NCBI GenBank assembly: GCA_050250895.1
Contig: JBFWNU010000007.1
Location: 256,001 to 320,000 of the forward strand
Length of the DNA: 64,000 nucleotides
Direction of reading: 5' to 3'
Source: Vulcanimicrobiota bacterium
Lineage (GTDB): Bacteria > Vulcanimicrobiota > Xenobia > Xenobiales > JADMJV01
The position numbers were made by a program, and so were the translations under genes. This document shows positions 17,439-27,765 of the stretch, in pieces (position 1 is the stretch's first letter; each line of letters opens with the position of its first letter). Under the pieces are notes generated by a model. The model was not told where the DNA came from. It was given only the letters and a program-made list of their open reading frames with translations, and made no database searches.

Positions 17439-17833
17439 CTCGCTGCGCTCGCGTGGGGGGCGCTCGCTGTGCTCGCGAGAGGGGAGCGGCCACGAAGTGG
17501 CCGAGGAGGGAGCCGGCCTTCGGCCGGTGATGGGAGCGGAGCAGAGCTCCGAGATAGGAGCGAAACTCGCTGTCGCTCGTTTCGAGGATTAAGGCAGGCG
17601 GCCTGCGGCCGCAATACTGTGATGGCCTTCGGCCAGAGCCCGGGCCTCGCGGCTTGCCGCGCCAGGGTTACGACGCGAAGCGTCGTGTAATTTAAAGACT
17701 CGAAGTGAGCCAAAGCGAACTTCGCTCCTCTCTCGCTAACGAGCGCAAGCGAAGTTAGCGCTCCCATCTCAGCGGCGCAGCCGCTGCTCCCATCTCCGCG
17801 AAGCGGCTCCCCGTCGCCCGTAAGGCCGACGAC
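17439..17833. repeat. Modular palindromic intergenic repeat, copy D (between convergent genes)
   Basis: GAGAGGGGAGC/GATGGGAGC arms on the left and GCTCCCATCTC arms on the right, each separated by small hairpins (GGCCTTCGGCC, CCGCGAAGCGG, GACGCGAAGCGTC). Confidence 0.75.
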
Positions 17834-18181
17834 CTAGTCAAAGCCCTTGACGTTGGCGAGTTCAGCGAAGAGGCGGTCGAGTTCGACCGAGAGTTCTTCG
17901 ATGACCGAAGAGGCCAGTTCGAGCATGCCGCCTTTGCCGAGCATTTCGAGTTGGGATGCGACTTTGCGGGCCGGTCCGGCGGCCAGGGTGCTGACCGCGC
18001 CTTTGATCGAGTGGGCGGCCCGGGCGAGGCCTTCGGGGTCGCTCGTGGCGATGGCCAGGCGAGCCTCTTCCATCCTCTTGGGGCAGTCTTCTTCCAGAAT
18101 GGCCTTCACCTCTTGCAGAAGCTCAGGATCTCCATCGAATTGCTCTCGAAGAGCATTCTTATCGATGATGGGCTCGCTCAC
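17834..18181 (-). CDS. Hpt (histidine phosphotransfer) domain protein
   Basis: AAHSIKGAVSTLAA motif; 115 aa stand-alone. Confidence 0.9.
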   Translation of the reverse strand: MSEPIIDKNALREQFDGDPELLQEVKAILEEDCPKRMEEARLAIATSDPEGLARAAHSIKGAVSTLAAGPARKVASQLEMLGKGGMLELASSVIEELSVELDRLFAELANVKGFD

Positions 18182-18303
18182 GTCGGTTCCTTCGCGCCCA
18201 GAAGGAACCGACCTGCAGGTTTACTAAGCACTCAGTCTGGGTAGCAGAGCTTAGGGTTTGTAAGCCCGGAAACAATTTGGGCCCAACGGGGTAGGGGGGC
18301 TAC

Positions 18304-18678
18304 TTGGCAAGTAGTTTACGACAAACGATCGGGCGCCAGATCCGACGGATCCGGCGCGACCACGCACTCACTCAGCAGGCTTTCGCGAGGCGAATTGGGG
18401 TAAATGCCTCCTATATCGGTCCGCTCGAGAAGGGACAAAAGACGCCCAGTATTGCTACGCTCGAGCGTCTTTCGGCGGAGTTTTCCGTGCCGATTTTCAA
18501 CTTCTTCGTGGACGACGAGATCGAAGATCGGGCTGCGGCCGAACGGATTCGGGCCCTGGTCATGTCCCGTCCCCCCGAAGAGCGCGAGTTTTTGCTCAAG
18601 ACGTTAGAAGAGATGGTCAAGCTCCTGCGTCGCAAACCGCGCAAAGCCCGGGCTGCAATGGCCGCACCCAAGAAGTAG
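18304..18678 (+). CDS. XRE-family HTH transcriptional regulator
   Basis: IGRQIRRIR..LTQQAFA..ASYIGPLEKGQKTPSIATL. Confidence 0.88.
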   Translation: MASSLRQTIGRQIRRIRRDHALTQQAFARRIGVNASYIGPLEKGQKTPSIATLERLSAEFSVPIFNFFVDDEIEDRAAAERIRALVMSRPPEEREFLLKTLEEMVKLLRRKPRKARAAMAAPKK

Positions 18679-18718
18679 TTCAAGCGCTGACAGGGGTTGC
18701 CCGGGGGCGAGCGAAAGC

Positions 18719-20197
18719 TTGGCTCCGGAGGTGCCCTTGCAATTCGAAACCGTCATCGGGCTTGAAGTTCACGTCGAACTGGCTACAGCCAGCAAGCTAT
18801 TCTGTGGCTGTCCCAATCGCTTTGGAGCCGAACCCAACACGCTGGTATGCCCCGTGTGTTTGGGGTTGCCGGGCGTCCTGCCGGTGGTCAACCGCCGGGC
18901 TATCGAGTTGCACCTTTTGGCGGCCAGGGCCCTCGGCTGTAAGATCGCCGAACATTCGAAGTTCGACCGCAAGAACTATTTCTATCCAGACATGCCCAAG
19001 AACTTCCAAACCTCGCAGTATGACCTGCCGTTGGCCTATGGCGGCTGGGTGCAATTGGCCGAGGACCGGGTGATCGGACTGACGCGAATCCATCTAGAGG
19101 AAGACACCGGCAAGTCGATCCATTATCAAGAAAAAGACGGGCAGCTGGTGCCCGGCCGGTTGGGCGGTTCCGACCTTACCCTGGTGGACTATAACCGGGC
19201 CGGGGTGCCCTTGCTCGAGATCGTGAGCGAGCCCGAGATGCGCACGGCCGAAGAGGCCATGGCTTATTGTATGGCCTTGCGCGATGTGCTGCGCTGGCTC
19301 GGGGTCAGCGACTGCAAGATGGAAGAAGGTTCGCTGCGCTGCGATGCCAACGTCTCCTTGCGTCCCGTCGGCGCCACCAAACTGGGCACCAAGACCGAGA
19401 TCAAGAACATGAACTCGTTTAAGTCGATCGGGGCGGCCATCGAGTACGAGGTCAAGCGCCAGGCCGAGAGCCTGCGCCAGGGCGGGCAGATCGTGCAAGA
19501 GACACGCGGCTGGGACGAAAACCGCGGCCTGACCATCGGCATGCGCAGCAAAGAAGAAGCCCACGATTATCGCTACTTTCCCGAGCCCGATCTGCCCTTG
19601 CTCGAGATCGATTCAGCCTGGATCGCCCGGGTCGACGCCTCGCTGCCCGAACTGCCAGCCGCCCGCCTGGCCCGCTATCAGAACGACTTTGGCCTCTCCG
19701 ACAAGGAAGCCGCTTTCCTTACGGGGGACCGTTTCGCGGGCGACTTCTTCGAGCAAACCGTAGAGGCTGGGTTGTCCGCCGCCGAGACGGTCAAATGGAT
19801 GGCGAACGACGTGGCCCGCCTGAGCAACGAGTTCGAGCGGGCCCTGCGCGACAGCCAGCTCAGTCCGTCTGGTCTGGCTGCGACGGTGGCCCTGGTGGGG
19901 GCCGGCAAAGTCAATCAGCAGGGTGCCCAGAAGGTGGTCGAATCGCTTTTTCGCGAGGGCGGTCAACCCGACCAATGGGTCGAGCGCCTGGGGCTGGCTC
20001 AGATGTCCGACGTCTCGGCCCTGCGCGAGATCATTTCGGGTGTCTTGGCAGCCGCGCCCGAAGTCGTGCGGGAATACCGCGAAGGAAAGAAGAAAGCTTT
20101 CAATGTTCTGGTGGGGCAGACCATGAAACAGACCAGGGGCCGTGCCAACCCGCAAACGGTCAACCAGCTGTTGAAAGAGATTCTCGATGCAGACTAG
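18719..20197 (+). CDS. gatB: Asp-tRNA(Asn)/Glu-tRNA(Gln) amidotransferase subunit B
   Basis: IGLEVHVEL, FDRKNYFYPDMPK, NRAGVPLLEIVSEP, RSKEEAHDYRYFPEPDL; start may be 18731 or 18737. Confidence 0.97.
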   Translation: MAPEVPLQFETVIGLEVHVELATASKLFCGCPNRFGAEPNTLVCPVCLGLPGVLPVVNRRAIELHLLAARALGCKIAEHSKFDRKNYFYPDMPKNFQTSQYDLPLAYGGWVQLAEDRVIGLTRIHLEEDTGKSIHYQEKDGQLVPGRLGGSDLTLVDYNRAGVPLLEIVSEPEMRTAEEAMAYCMALRDVLRWLGVSDCKMEEGSLRCDANVSLRPVGATKLGTKTEIKNMNSFKSIGAAIEYEVKRQAESLRQGGQIVQETRGWDENRGLTIGMRSKEEAHDYRYFPEPDLPLLEIDSAWIARVDASLPELPAARLARYQNDFGLSDKEAAFLTGDRFAGDFFEQTVEAGLSAAETVKWMANDVARLSNEFERALRDSQLSPSGLAATVALVGAGKVNQQGAQKVVESLFREGGQPDQWVERLGLAQMSDVSALREIISGVLAAAPEVVREYREGKKKAFNVLVGQTMKQTRGRANPQTVNQLLKEILDAD

Positions 20198-22127
20198 CAG
20201 TGAGCTATTGGGGGTGGGGGTAGTGCCTCTTGACGAGGCCCTGGACAGGTGGGTATCCGAGTTAGAGTTTCACAAGGCTCTGACCCGTTTACCGGCCGAG
20301 CAGATTTCGGTCAACGACGCCCTGCACCGGGTCACTCATTCTCCGGTCACGGCCAAGTTGAGTTCTCCTCATTACTATGCGGCCGCTATCGACGGCCTGG
20401 CCGTCCGCGCAGCGGACACTCTCACGGCTTCGGGGCGGCAACCCTTGCGGATCGCTTTGGGGACGCAGAATGGTCAGTTCGTCGAGACCGGGGCTCCGAT
20501 GCCCGAAGGGCTCGATGCGGTCGTTCCCTTTCACGAGTTAGAACTTGACGGCGACGAGATCGAGATCACTCGGGCTTGCAACCCCTGGCGCAACGTCCGA
20601 CCCATCGGCGAGGACATTGCCGCTCGCGAGGTGGTGTTGCCGCGGGATCATCGCATCACGCCGCTGGACCTGGGCGCCCTGGTGGCCGCCGGAGCAGCCA
20701 CCGTGCAGGTCTATCGCAAGCCCCGAGTCGGGGTCTTGCCGGTGGGCAACCGGTTGATCGAAGCCGGGGTCGAGCCCGGGGTCGGCGAGATGATCGATTC
20801 CAACAGCCCCATCTTGTTGGGCCTGGCTCAAGAGGCGGGGGCCGAGCCTCACCTTTACGGCGTGTCGCCCGAACGGCTCGAAGAGGCCGGTCAGGCTCTG
20901 TTGGCCGCAGCCCGAGAGAGCGATCTGTTGCTGGTGGTGGCGGGACCCTCTCACGGGACGGCCTTCCTGGCTAGACTGTTTTCTGACCTGGGCGACTGCT
21001 TCTTGCACGGAGTGGCCATCAAGCCGGGTCACTCGATAGCCCTCGGCGTGATCGAGGGCACTCCGGTGATGGGCCTGCCCTTTCATCCCGCCCCGGCGTT
21101 TCTAGCCTTTCGGCTGGTGGCTCAGGCTTTGTTGGCGCGCATGACCGGGCAAGAGACGGTGGGTGTGTGCTGGCATCCCGAGCGGGCGACTCTGGCCATC
21201 GAGGGCCAGTCTCCTCACGGACTCGAAGAGTTTCTTCGGGTGAAGTTAGGTCAGGTCGACGGCCGCAACATCGCCGTGCCCGACTCGGGTGGCGCGCCCA
21301 CCCTGATGTCGCTGGTGCGGGCTGACGGGCTGGTCTTTATCCCGGCCGACGCCGAATCGCTCGAGGTGGGCTCCTCGGTCGATGTGCTCCGCCTGCACCC
21401 CGAGCGTTCGCTCGAGGGCAACCTGCTGCTGTTGGGCACCCACGACATCTGCTATGACCTGTTGCGCAACCACCTGCACGGTCGCTATCACGATGTGCGC
21501 TTGCACACTGCCGCCACCGGCGGGGCCGCGGGGCTGCGCTGCTTGAAGGAGCGGTTCTGCCACATTGCCGCCATTCATCTGTTTGACGAAGAGACGGGCG
21601 AATACAACGTTCCTCATCTACGTCGAGTCATGGACGGTCATCCGGTGGTGTTGGTTCGCCTCTTCACTCGGCATCTGGGCCTGGCGGTGGCCACCGGCAA
21701 CCCTCTCGGCATCGGTTCGCTGGCTGACCTGAATCGAGAAGGATTGCGATTCATCAATCGTCAGGTCGGTTCGGGCACTCGCGCCTTGCTCGACTATCAC
21801 CTCAAGCAGGCCGGGGTGGAACCCGACTCGATCCTGGGCTTCGAGCAAGAGGTCCGCACCCACATGGCGGTAGCGGCCGCCGTCAAAGGCGGCATTGCCG
21901 ACGTGGGCCCCACCATCTCGACGGCTGCCCGGGCGCTGCGGGTCGACTTCGTTCCCTGTATTCCCGAGCGGCTCGATCTGGCCATACCCAAGCGCTTCGT
22001 CAACCATTACCCGGTGCGGGCTCTGCTCAAGGTGATCCGTTCAGCCGCTTTTCGCCAGGAGGCGGCCGCCGCTCTGACCGACTACGACTTTAGCGATACC
22101 GGTCAGGTGGTTTGGGAGTCCGAGTGA
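20187..22127 (+). CDS. moeA: Molybdopterin molybdenumtransferase MoeA fused to a periplasmic-binding-protein-like domain
   Basis: AAIDGLAVRA, TGAPMP, NVRPIGEDI, AIKPG; C-terminal GTHD..FINRQVGSGTR. Confidence 0.88.
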   Translation: MQTSSELLGVGVVPLDEALDRWVSELEFHKALTRLPAEQISVNDALHRVTHSPVTAKLSSPHYYAAAIDGLAVRAADTLTASGRQPLRIALGTQNGQFVETGAPMPEGLDAVVPFHELELDGDEIEITRACNPWRNVRPIGEDIAAREVVLPRDHRITPLDLGALVAAGAATVQVYRKPRVGVLPVGNRLIEAGVEPGVGEMIDSNSPILLGLAQEAGAEPHLYGVSPERLEEAGQALLAAARESDLLLVVAGPSHGTAFLARLFSDLGDCFLHGVAIKPGHSIALGVIEGTPVMGLPFHPAPAFLAFRLVAQALLARMTGQETVGVCWHPERATLAIEGQSPHGLEEFLRVKLGQVDGRNIAVPDSGGAPTLMSLVRADGLVFIPADAESLEVGSSVDVLRLHPERSLEGNLLLLGTHDICYDLLRNHLHGRYHDVRLHTAATGGAAGLRCLKERFCHIAAIHLFDEETGEYNVPHLRRVMDGHPVVLVRLFTRHLGLAVATGNPLGIGSLADLNREGLRFINRQVGSGTRALLDYHLKQAGVEPDSILGFEQEVRTHMAVAAAVKGGIADVGPTISTAARALRVDFVPCIPERLDLAIPKRFVNHYPVRALLKVIRSAAFRQEAAAALTDYDFSDTGQVVWESE

Positions 22128-22600
22128 GCGACCTTACCCACCTCGACGACCGGGGTCAGGCCCGCATGGTCGACGTGGGCGCCAAACCGCAATCCCAGCG
22201 GCGCGCCCTCGCCTCGGCTCAGGTGACCATGGCCGCGGCCACCTTTGAACTGGTCTGTCAGGGTCAGGCCCCTAAAGGGGATGTCGAAGCGGTGGCTCGG
22301 GTGGCGGCCATCATGGCGGCCAAGAAGACGGCCGAACTGATTCCGCTGTGCCACCCGCTGCCGCTGGATGCGGTCGAGGTCGAGTTCGTCAGGCATCCGC
22401 CCGATCGGCTCGAGGTGCAGGTCGAAGCCCGCTGCCGCGCCTCTACCGGAGTCGAGATGGAAGCCCTCACCGCGGCCTCGGTGGCTGCTCTCACTTTGGT
22501 GGACATGCTCAAAGGGGTAGATAAGACCCTGGTCATTGGACCGGTGCGATTATTAGAAAAGGAAGGGGGACGGTCCGGACATTTCCGGGCCGAGCTCTGA
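22124..22600 (+). CDS. moaC: Cyclic pyranopterin monophosphate synthase
   Basis: [35 protein letters not shown]. Confidence 0.96.
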   Translation: MSDLTHLDDRGQARMVDVGAKPQSQRRALASAQVTMAAATFELVCQGQAPKGDVEAVARVAAIMAAKKTAELIPLCHPLPLDAVEVEFVRHPPDRLEVQVEARCRASTGVEMEALTAASVAALTLVDMLKGVDKTLVIGPVRLLEKEGGRSGHFRAEL

Positions 22601-23214
22601 TGAAAGACGTTTTTGTGCACGAGAGTTCCTATGTCGATCAGCCTTGCGAAATCGGCGCGGGAACCAAGATCTGGCATTTCTGCCATGTGATGGCCAATTC
22701 GAAGATGGGCGAGAACTGCATCCTTGGGCAGAACGTGCTGGTGAGCAACGGGGTGACCGTCGGCAGCAATGTCAAGATTCAGAACAACGTCTCGCTTTAT
22801 ACCGGCGTCGTCCTGGAAGACGATGTCTTTTGCGGTCCGTCCTGCGTGTTTACCAATGTGATCAACCCTCGCTCGCAGATCGTGCGCAGGGGCGAGTACT
22901 TAACCACTTTGGTCAAGCGTGGGGCCAGTATCGGCGCCAACGCCACCATCGTTTGTGGAGCCACGCTGGGACGCTACGCCTTCATCGGCGCCGGTGCGGT
23001 GGTGCGCGGTGACGTGCCTGACTATGCTTTGATGCTGGGAGTGCCGGCTCGTCGCAAGGGTTGGATGGGACGCCACGGCTTCCGCTTGGAAGAACGCGAC
23101 GGTTTATGGGTGTGTCCCGAGAGCGGCTGGCGTTACGAAGAAAGCGAGCACGGCCTGCGCTGCCTGGACTGGCCCGAAGAGAAGCCTATATTGCCAAAAG
23201 TCGCCTCTTCTTAA
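22600..23214 (+). CDS. Hexapeptide-repeat N-acetyltransferase (WbpD/WlbB-like)
   Basis: [48 protein letters not shown]. Confidence 0.92.
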   Translation: MKDVFVHESSYVDQPCEIGAGTKIWHFCHVMANSKMGENCILGQNVLVSNGVTVGSNVKIQNNVSLYTGVVLEDDVFCGPSCVFTNVINPRSQIVRRGEYLTTLVKRGASIGANATIVCGATLGRYAFIGAGAVVRGDVPDYALMLGVPARRKGWMGRHGFRLEERDGLWVCPESGWRYEESEHGLRCLDWPEEKPILPKVASS

Positions 23215-23312
23215 AGACTCTCGAAGTTCAAATCCGGATACTTTCAGTGCATCTTCTTACTCTCTAGCTGAGGGCAGGTCCAACGCGTCTGCTCTTTTTG
23301 CATGGAGGAAGA

Positions 23313-26300
23313 ATGCCGAATCGTATTGCTCGTCCCGACGCTCGCGTCGTTACCTATACAAAGAAGAGAAATCTCGCCACCCGTCTGCCAGCTGAGCAAA
23401 GCTTGCAAGTGGCTCCGCCTAAAGTCAGCAGTGGAGGGTCATGGGGACCAGAAGTCCAGCTGCCCCAGGTGCTCGAAGCCGAGGCTCCCGAGAGCAAGAA
23501 CCGAACCCACAAGTTGGCGGCCGCGGCCGCTCTGGCCCTGACCGCCGTCGGAGCCGGAGCAGGTCTGGTAGGCTCCGCGTCGCCGGCGTATGCCGAGAGC
23601 GTGGCCCTGAGCGCCAGCCCGGCCTCGGCCTCGTTCTTGCAGACCGTGCTGGCCCAGCGTGATACCACCCCCGTCAGGGTCAACAGCGCCCAGGAAGTGG
23701 TCGACCAGTTTCAGGCCCAGCGACAACTTTACGTCCAGGGAGACCCCCTTCCGGCGGACGTCATGGGCGAGCTGTCCGAGCAGTTGGCCAGGCATCCGAA
23801 TATGTATGTGGTGTTGGTGGACTACGCCAGCAACTTCGAAGACTATGACTTCACCGTGGCCACCGGCATCGGCAACAGTGACTCCTTCGCCTCGGTGCGC
23901 AACCCCGTGACCGGCGAAAAAGAGGGAGTCGTGTTCACCGTCATGTTCGACAGCAACGACGGCCGTAAGGTCTTTATGCGCTCCGAGGAGTTGCCCGACC
24001 GGCTCGGCGTGGGCGAAGAGAATTTCGCTGACGAGTATGGCAACCCCGAACGACTGTTGCGAACCTTCTTGAGGGCCCGCGACCGGGGCGAGAACATGGC
24101 TGGCATGCTGGGCTCGGTGTTTGCCGAGATCAACACCACCATCAAGACTCACACCGACCAGGTCTTGACCCAGGCTACCAGCGAGGTCGGCCGGGCTGAA
24201 AGGGACCTGCCCTCGCTACGCCAGCGCTACGAAAAGCAGAACAAGGACTATCCTCAAGCCGTCGCTCTACCGGACTTTGCTGCCTGGCAGCAACAGGTCG
24301 GCGCCGCTCGCCAGGCGCTGGATTCGGGCGACCCTCAGGGGGCCATCAACCTGATCCGGCCGGTCCTGGCCAATCTTGATGGCAGTGCCGCTTTCATCAA
24401 CACTTTCGAGCACAACCTGGGCCAGGCCCAGCAAGTGCTGGCCAGGGCCGAGCAGGCCGTGGCTCGAGGCCAACAGCAGGCCGCCAACTTCCGGAAGGAG
24501 TTTGGCGAAGGCGGGCAGCTGGGCAGCCCTGACCTCGATGGTTGGAAGGCCGCCCTCGAACAGGTCAAAGCGCAGACCGTCAAAGGTGACTTCGCGGGGG
24601 CGCTGGCCACCTCGAACAGCCTGGTGGCCAGCCTCGACGCCTATGGGCAGGCTACCGGTCGCTTTACGCAGGCCCAATCCATGAAAGAGGCGGTCTCCCG
24701 GCAGATTGCCGACCTCGAAAAGGCGCTGAAGAAGGCGCCTGATAACGGCCACACCGAGCAAGCTCGAGAAGACCTGGCGGCCGCAAAGGCAGCTTTCGAG
24801 CAGTATCAAGCCGACACTCGGGGCAAGTCAGGGGACCCGCTGACGGCCATCGAATCGGCCCAGTCATCGGCCACCGCGGGGCTCAGGCAGATCGACGAGG
24901 CTCACCATCAGGCCAACGTGATCCGAAACACTATCATCGGAGTGGGCACGGCGCTGACCCTCGCCACCGTGGCCGCCGGCTTGATCGCCAACGCCAGGGC
25001 CCGGACCAGAAAGAAGGAAGCGCTGACCGCTCTAAGCCAGGCCGAAGCCGACATCGGACGGCGCTCGAAAGCGCTCATCGAGTTGATGGAGCAGGCCGAC
25101 GTCAAGAATGTCTCGAGCTATGCTGGCGAGACCCAGAAGCTGGCTCAGCAAGTGATCGAGAGCGTCACTGACTCTTTGACCTTGATGGGCGGGGCTGAGA
25201 AGTTTCTGGCCGAGTCACGTCAGCTCATCGAGCCGAATTCGCCGCGCAATCTATTTACCAGCGGCAATTTCCACCAGGCCATCGGGCTATTGACCGACCC
25301 CGAGCAGCGCCTGCCGTTCTCCTTCGAAGACAGCGCCCGGGCCGTCATGGAAAAGGGCAGCCGGGCCGAGTCGTGGCGGGAAGAACTCGAGCGACGCGGC
25401 GCCTCTCGCGAGTTCGAGAAATCACTGTTCGAGGTGCTCGGCGAGGCTGACAAAGCGGGCGGCCAGGCCAAAAAGGTTCTGGCTGAAATCGACAACTTCA
25501 AGACCGGGGCCCAGACGGGTCTGGCCAAGCTCGAAACCACAGGCGGCGAAGTCTCGAAGAGGGCCGAAGAGCTCGAGAAAGAGGCTGAGCAGGACAAGCT
25601 GTTCCCGCTTCCTTCGGTCCGCGAGGACCTGTTGGCTCGGGTGCTGGACTCGGAGCGAGGATTGTTGCCGCGCGGCCGAGCCCTGGAGCCATCGGACCCC
25701 GTTCGAGTGGTCCACGAGTTTGTCGAGCCCGGCGCCCAGATGCTCGAGCAGGCCACCAAGATTCTCAACGCGGGTCAGGCGTTGCGCGGTACTCTGGGCG
25801 ACTCGACCAGGCGCCTTCATGACGCTTTCGGAAAAGCGGAAATATCCACCGAATGGGCCGATACCTCGCTGGCTCAACTGGCCAGCCGACTCGACGATAC
25901 GGCCGACAAAGCACCTCGCGTCGAGCCTGAGAAAGAGATCGAACAGGTTCGCCAACAGGGATTCGAGGTGAATCGCCAGTTCGAACAGGCCCTGCGTCTG
26001 GAGTTCCAGCGCCAGAAGGTCGAGGACACGCAGGTGGGTCAGGTCGAGGCCAAGATTGCCGAGACCCGCCGGCAGATGGCGGACCAGTTGCACGAGCTGG
26101 GTGTATTTCAGCAGGGCACCGCCGAGGGGGTGTTGCGCGAAGAAGGCTCGGATCCCGACCGGTTGCTCGACGATTCGAAGGCTCAGCTCGGTTCGGTCAA
26201 GCAACTTTTGGGCAAAGGCAAGGTCGCAGAGGCCGATAGAGCCCTCGAGAAGGTGGCTGGCAATTCGACGGGCGCCGAGGCCATTCTCTCGGACGCCAAG

Positions 26301-27713
26301 GCCGCCCTGCAGGCCTACCCCACGCAGCGCAAGAGCAAAGACGAGAAGGCTTCGCTGCTGGCTCAGGAGGTGGGCTCACTCTATACACCCGCTCTCGAAC
26401 GGATGCAGGCGGAGTATGCGCCGGAGGCGGTGACCCGGGCGGCCGGCCAGGTCGGTTCGGGCGAGACCTTCGAGGATGACATTCCCGCCGCTCTGGAAAC
26501 GCTAGGGGTTGCCGACCAGCAGCTGGGCGGCGTCACCCAAGAACTCGATCAGGCCCACGTTCTGGCCGCTCGCAACGGATTGATTCTGGTGGGAGAAACC
26601 CTGGAGAAGGCCGAGCGACAGCTCAAGCCCTTGACCGAAGGAGTTCAGGTCCTTGACCAGGCTTGGGGCGAGGCCGTGAAGGGCTGTCACGGGGTCGAGG
26701 ACCAGTTGACCCCCACCCTGGCCCTGCTGCAGCAAGACTATGTCCGCACTCCGGTGAGAGAATTGGCCGAAGGAACTCGCCAGGCGGTCGAATTGGCCAG
26801 CCAGGCCATCGAGGCTGCTCCCCACGACCCCTATCGCGCTATGGAGGCCATCGGACAGGCCCAGGGCGCTCTGGCCAGGGTCCGCGACAGCGTGGCCTCG
26901 GAAGGCAACCTGCGCGACCGGGCCGTGAGTGCCATCGCGAACGCCGAGAAGGCGATCGCCAGGGCCGATAAGGCTATCCAGGAGGCCGCTCAACAGAGTT
27001 GGAGCTGGAGCAACGCCTTCGGCAAGGCCTCGGCTGCCGTCGACGAAGCGGATCTGGCTCGGGCCAAGCAACTTCTGGCGGCCGCCGCGGCACTGTTGCC
27101 GGGCGCCCAGCCCAAACTCGACGCCCAGGATTATGAGGGGGCTGCCGAGCAGGCTAACTCTGTCATTGCCGAGGTGGAGAAGGCCGAGCAGGAAAGCGAC
27201 TCGGTCGTGGATCGGGCTCGCGCGTCTTTTGACTCGCAGAAGTCCAAGCTCGAGGCCAAACAGCGGGAAGCCGACGAGGCCCGCCGGCGAGAGGAAGAGC
27301 GACGCCGAGCCGAGCAAAGACGGCGCGAGGAAGAGCAGCGACGGGCCGAGGAGGCCCGCCGAGCCGAACAGCGCCGCCGCGAAGAAGAGCAGCGCCGGGC
27401 CGAAGAGCGAAGGCGCGATGAAGAGCGACGACGGGCCGAGGAGGCACGCCGCGCCGAGCAACGTCGCGACGAGGAGCGGCGCCGGGCCGAAGAACAACGA
27501 CGGGCCGACGAGCGCCGGGCCGAAGAGCGTCGACGCGCCGACGAGCAACGGCGCGCCGATGAGAAGCGCCGAGCAGAAGAGCAACGTCGCGACGAGGAGC
27601 GACGTCGCAACAGCGGCTCGCGGGGCGGCTCGTCGGGAGGCGGAAGCTCGGGCTCTCGAGGCGGTTCCTCGGGGGGCGGTCGACGCTCGGGCTCGCGCGG
27701 CGGCGGCTGGTAG
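23313..27713 (+). CDS. Large membrane-anchored coiled-coil protein with charged-repeat tail and Gly/Ser-rich C-terminus
   Basis: GGAGG RBS; signal-like segment ending AYA; TM IIGVGTALTLATVAAGLIA; EEQRRAEE repeats; ends SRGGGW. Confidence 0.85.
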   Translation: MPNRIARPDARVVTYTKKRNLATRLPAEQSLQVAPPKVSSGGSWGPEVQLPQVLEAEAPESKNRTHKLAAAAALALTAVGAGAGLVGSASPAYAESVALSASPASASFLQTVLAQRDTTPVRVNSAQEVVDQFQAQRQLYVQGDPLPADVMGELSEQLARHPNMYVVLVDYASNFEDYDFTVATGIGNSDSFASVRNPVTGEKEGVVFTVMFDSNDGRKVFMRSEELPDRLGVGEENFADEYGNPERLLRTFLRARDRGENMAGMLGSVFAEINTTIKTHTDQVLTQATSEVGRAERDLPSLRQRYEKQNKDYPQAVALPDFAAWQQQVGAARQALDSGDPQGAINLIRPVLANLDGSAAFINTFEHNLGQAQQVLARAEQAVARGQQQAANFRKEFGEGGQLGSPDLDGWKAALEQVKAQTVKGDFAGALATSNSLVASLDAYGQATGRFTQAQSMKEAVSRQIADLEKALKKAPDNGHTEQAREDLAAAKAAFEQYQADTRGKSGDPLTAIESAQSSATAGLRQIDEAHHQANVIRNTIIGVGTALTLATVAAGLIANARARTRKKEALTALSQAEADIGRRSKALIELMEQADVKNVSSYAGETQKLAQQVIESVTDSLTLMGGAEKFLAESRQLIEPNSPRNLFTSGNFHQAIGLLTDPEQRLPFSFEDSARAVMEKGSRAESWREELERRGASREFEKSLFEVLGEADKAGGQAKKVLAEIDNFKTGAQTGLAKLETTGGEVSKRAEELEKEAEQDKLFPLPSVREDLLARVLDSERGLLPRGRALEPSDPVRVVHEFVEPGAQMLEQATKILNAGQALRGTLGDSTRRLHDAFGKAEISTEWADTSLAQLASRLDDTADKAPRVEPEKEIEQVRQQGFEVNRQFEQALRLEFQRQKVEDTQVGQVEAKIAETRRQMADQLHELGVFQQGTAEGVLREEGSDPDRLLDDSKAQLGSVKQLLGKGKVAEADRALEKVAGNSTGAEAILSDAKAALQAYPTQRKSKDEKASLLAQEVGSLYTPALERMQAEYAPEAVTRAAGQVGSGETFEDDIPAALETLGVADQQLGGVTQELDQAHVLAARNGLILVGETLEKAERQLKPLTEGVQVLDQAWGEAVKGCHGVEDQLTPTLALLQQDYVRTPVRELAEGTRQAVELASQAIEAAPHDPYRAMEAIGQAQGALARVRDSVASEGNLRDRAVSAIANAEKAIARADKAIQEAAQQSWSWSNAFGKASAAVDEADLARAKQLLAAAAALLPGAQPKLDAQDYEGAAEQANSVIAEVEKAEQESDSVVDRARASFDSQKSKLEAKQREADEARRREEERRRAEQRRREEEQRRAEEARRAEQRRREEEQRRAEERRRDEERRRAEEARRAEQRRDEERRRAEEQRRADERRAEERRRADEQRRADEKRRAEEQRRDEERRRNSGSRGGSSGGGSSGSRGGSSGGGRRSGSRGGGW
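27259..27610 (+). repeat. Imperfect coding tandem repeat (E/R-rich)
   Basis: Repeated GAGCAGCGCCGGGCCGAAGAG-like units encoding RRAEEQRR. Confidence 0.75.
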
Positions 27714-27724
27714 ACGAAATGAAA

Positions 27725-27752
27725 AAGGGGCGCTTCTCGAGAAGCGCCCCTT
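27725..27752. terminator. Terminator hairpin between convergent genes (28-bp perfect palindrome)
   Basis: AAGGGGCGCTTCTCGAGAAGCGCCCCTT preceded by an A-tract (U-tract on the minus strand). Confidence 0.75.
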
Positions 27753-27765
27753 CGGCTGGCGACAA

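Noticed and set aside
17439-17833. tRNA-like cloverleaf or short ORFs in a hairpin-rich gap
   Set aside because: No T-loop GTTCRA or CCA end; the sequence is explained by the repeat family.
27259-27610. Possible CRISPR-like periodicity
   Set aside because: These are in-frame degenerate coding repeats without unique spacers, and there are no cas genes; the same applies to 61185-61412.
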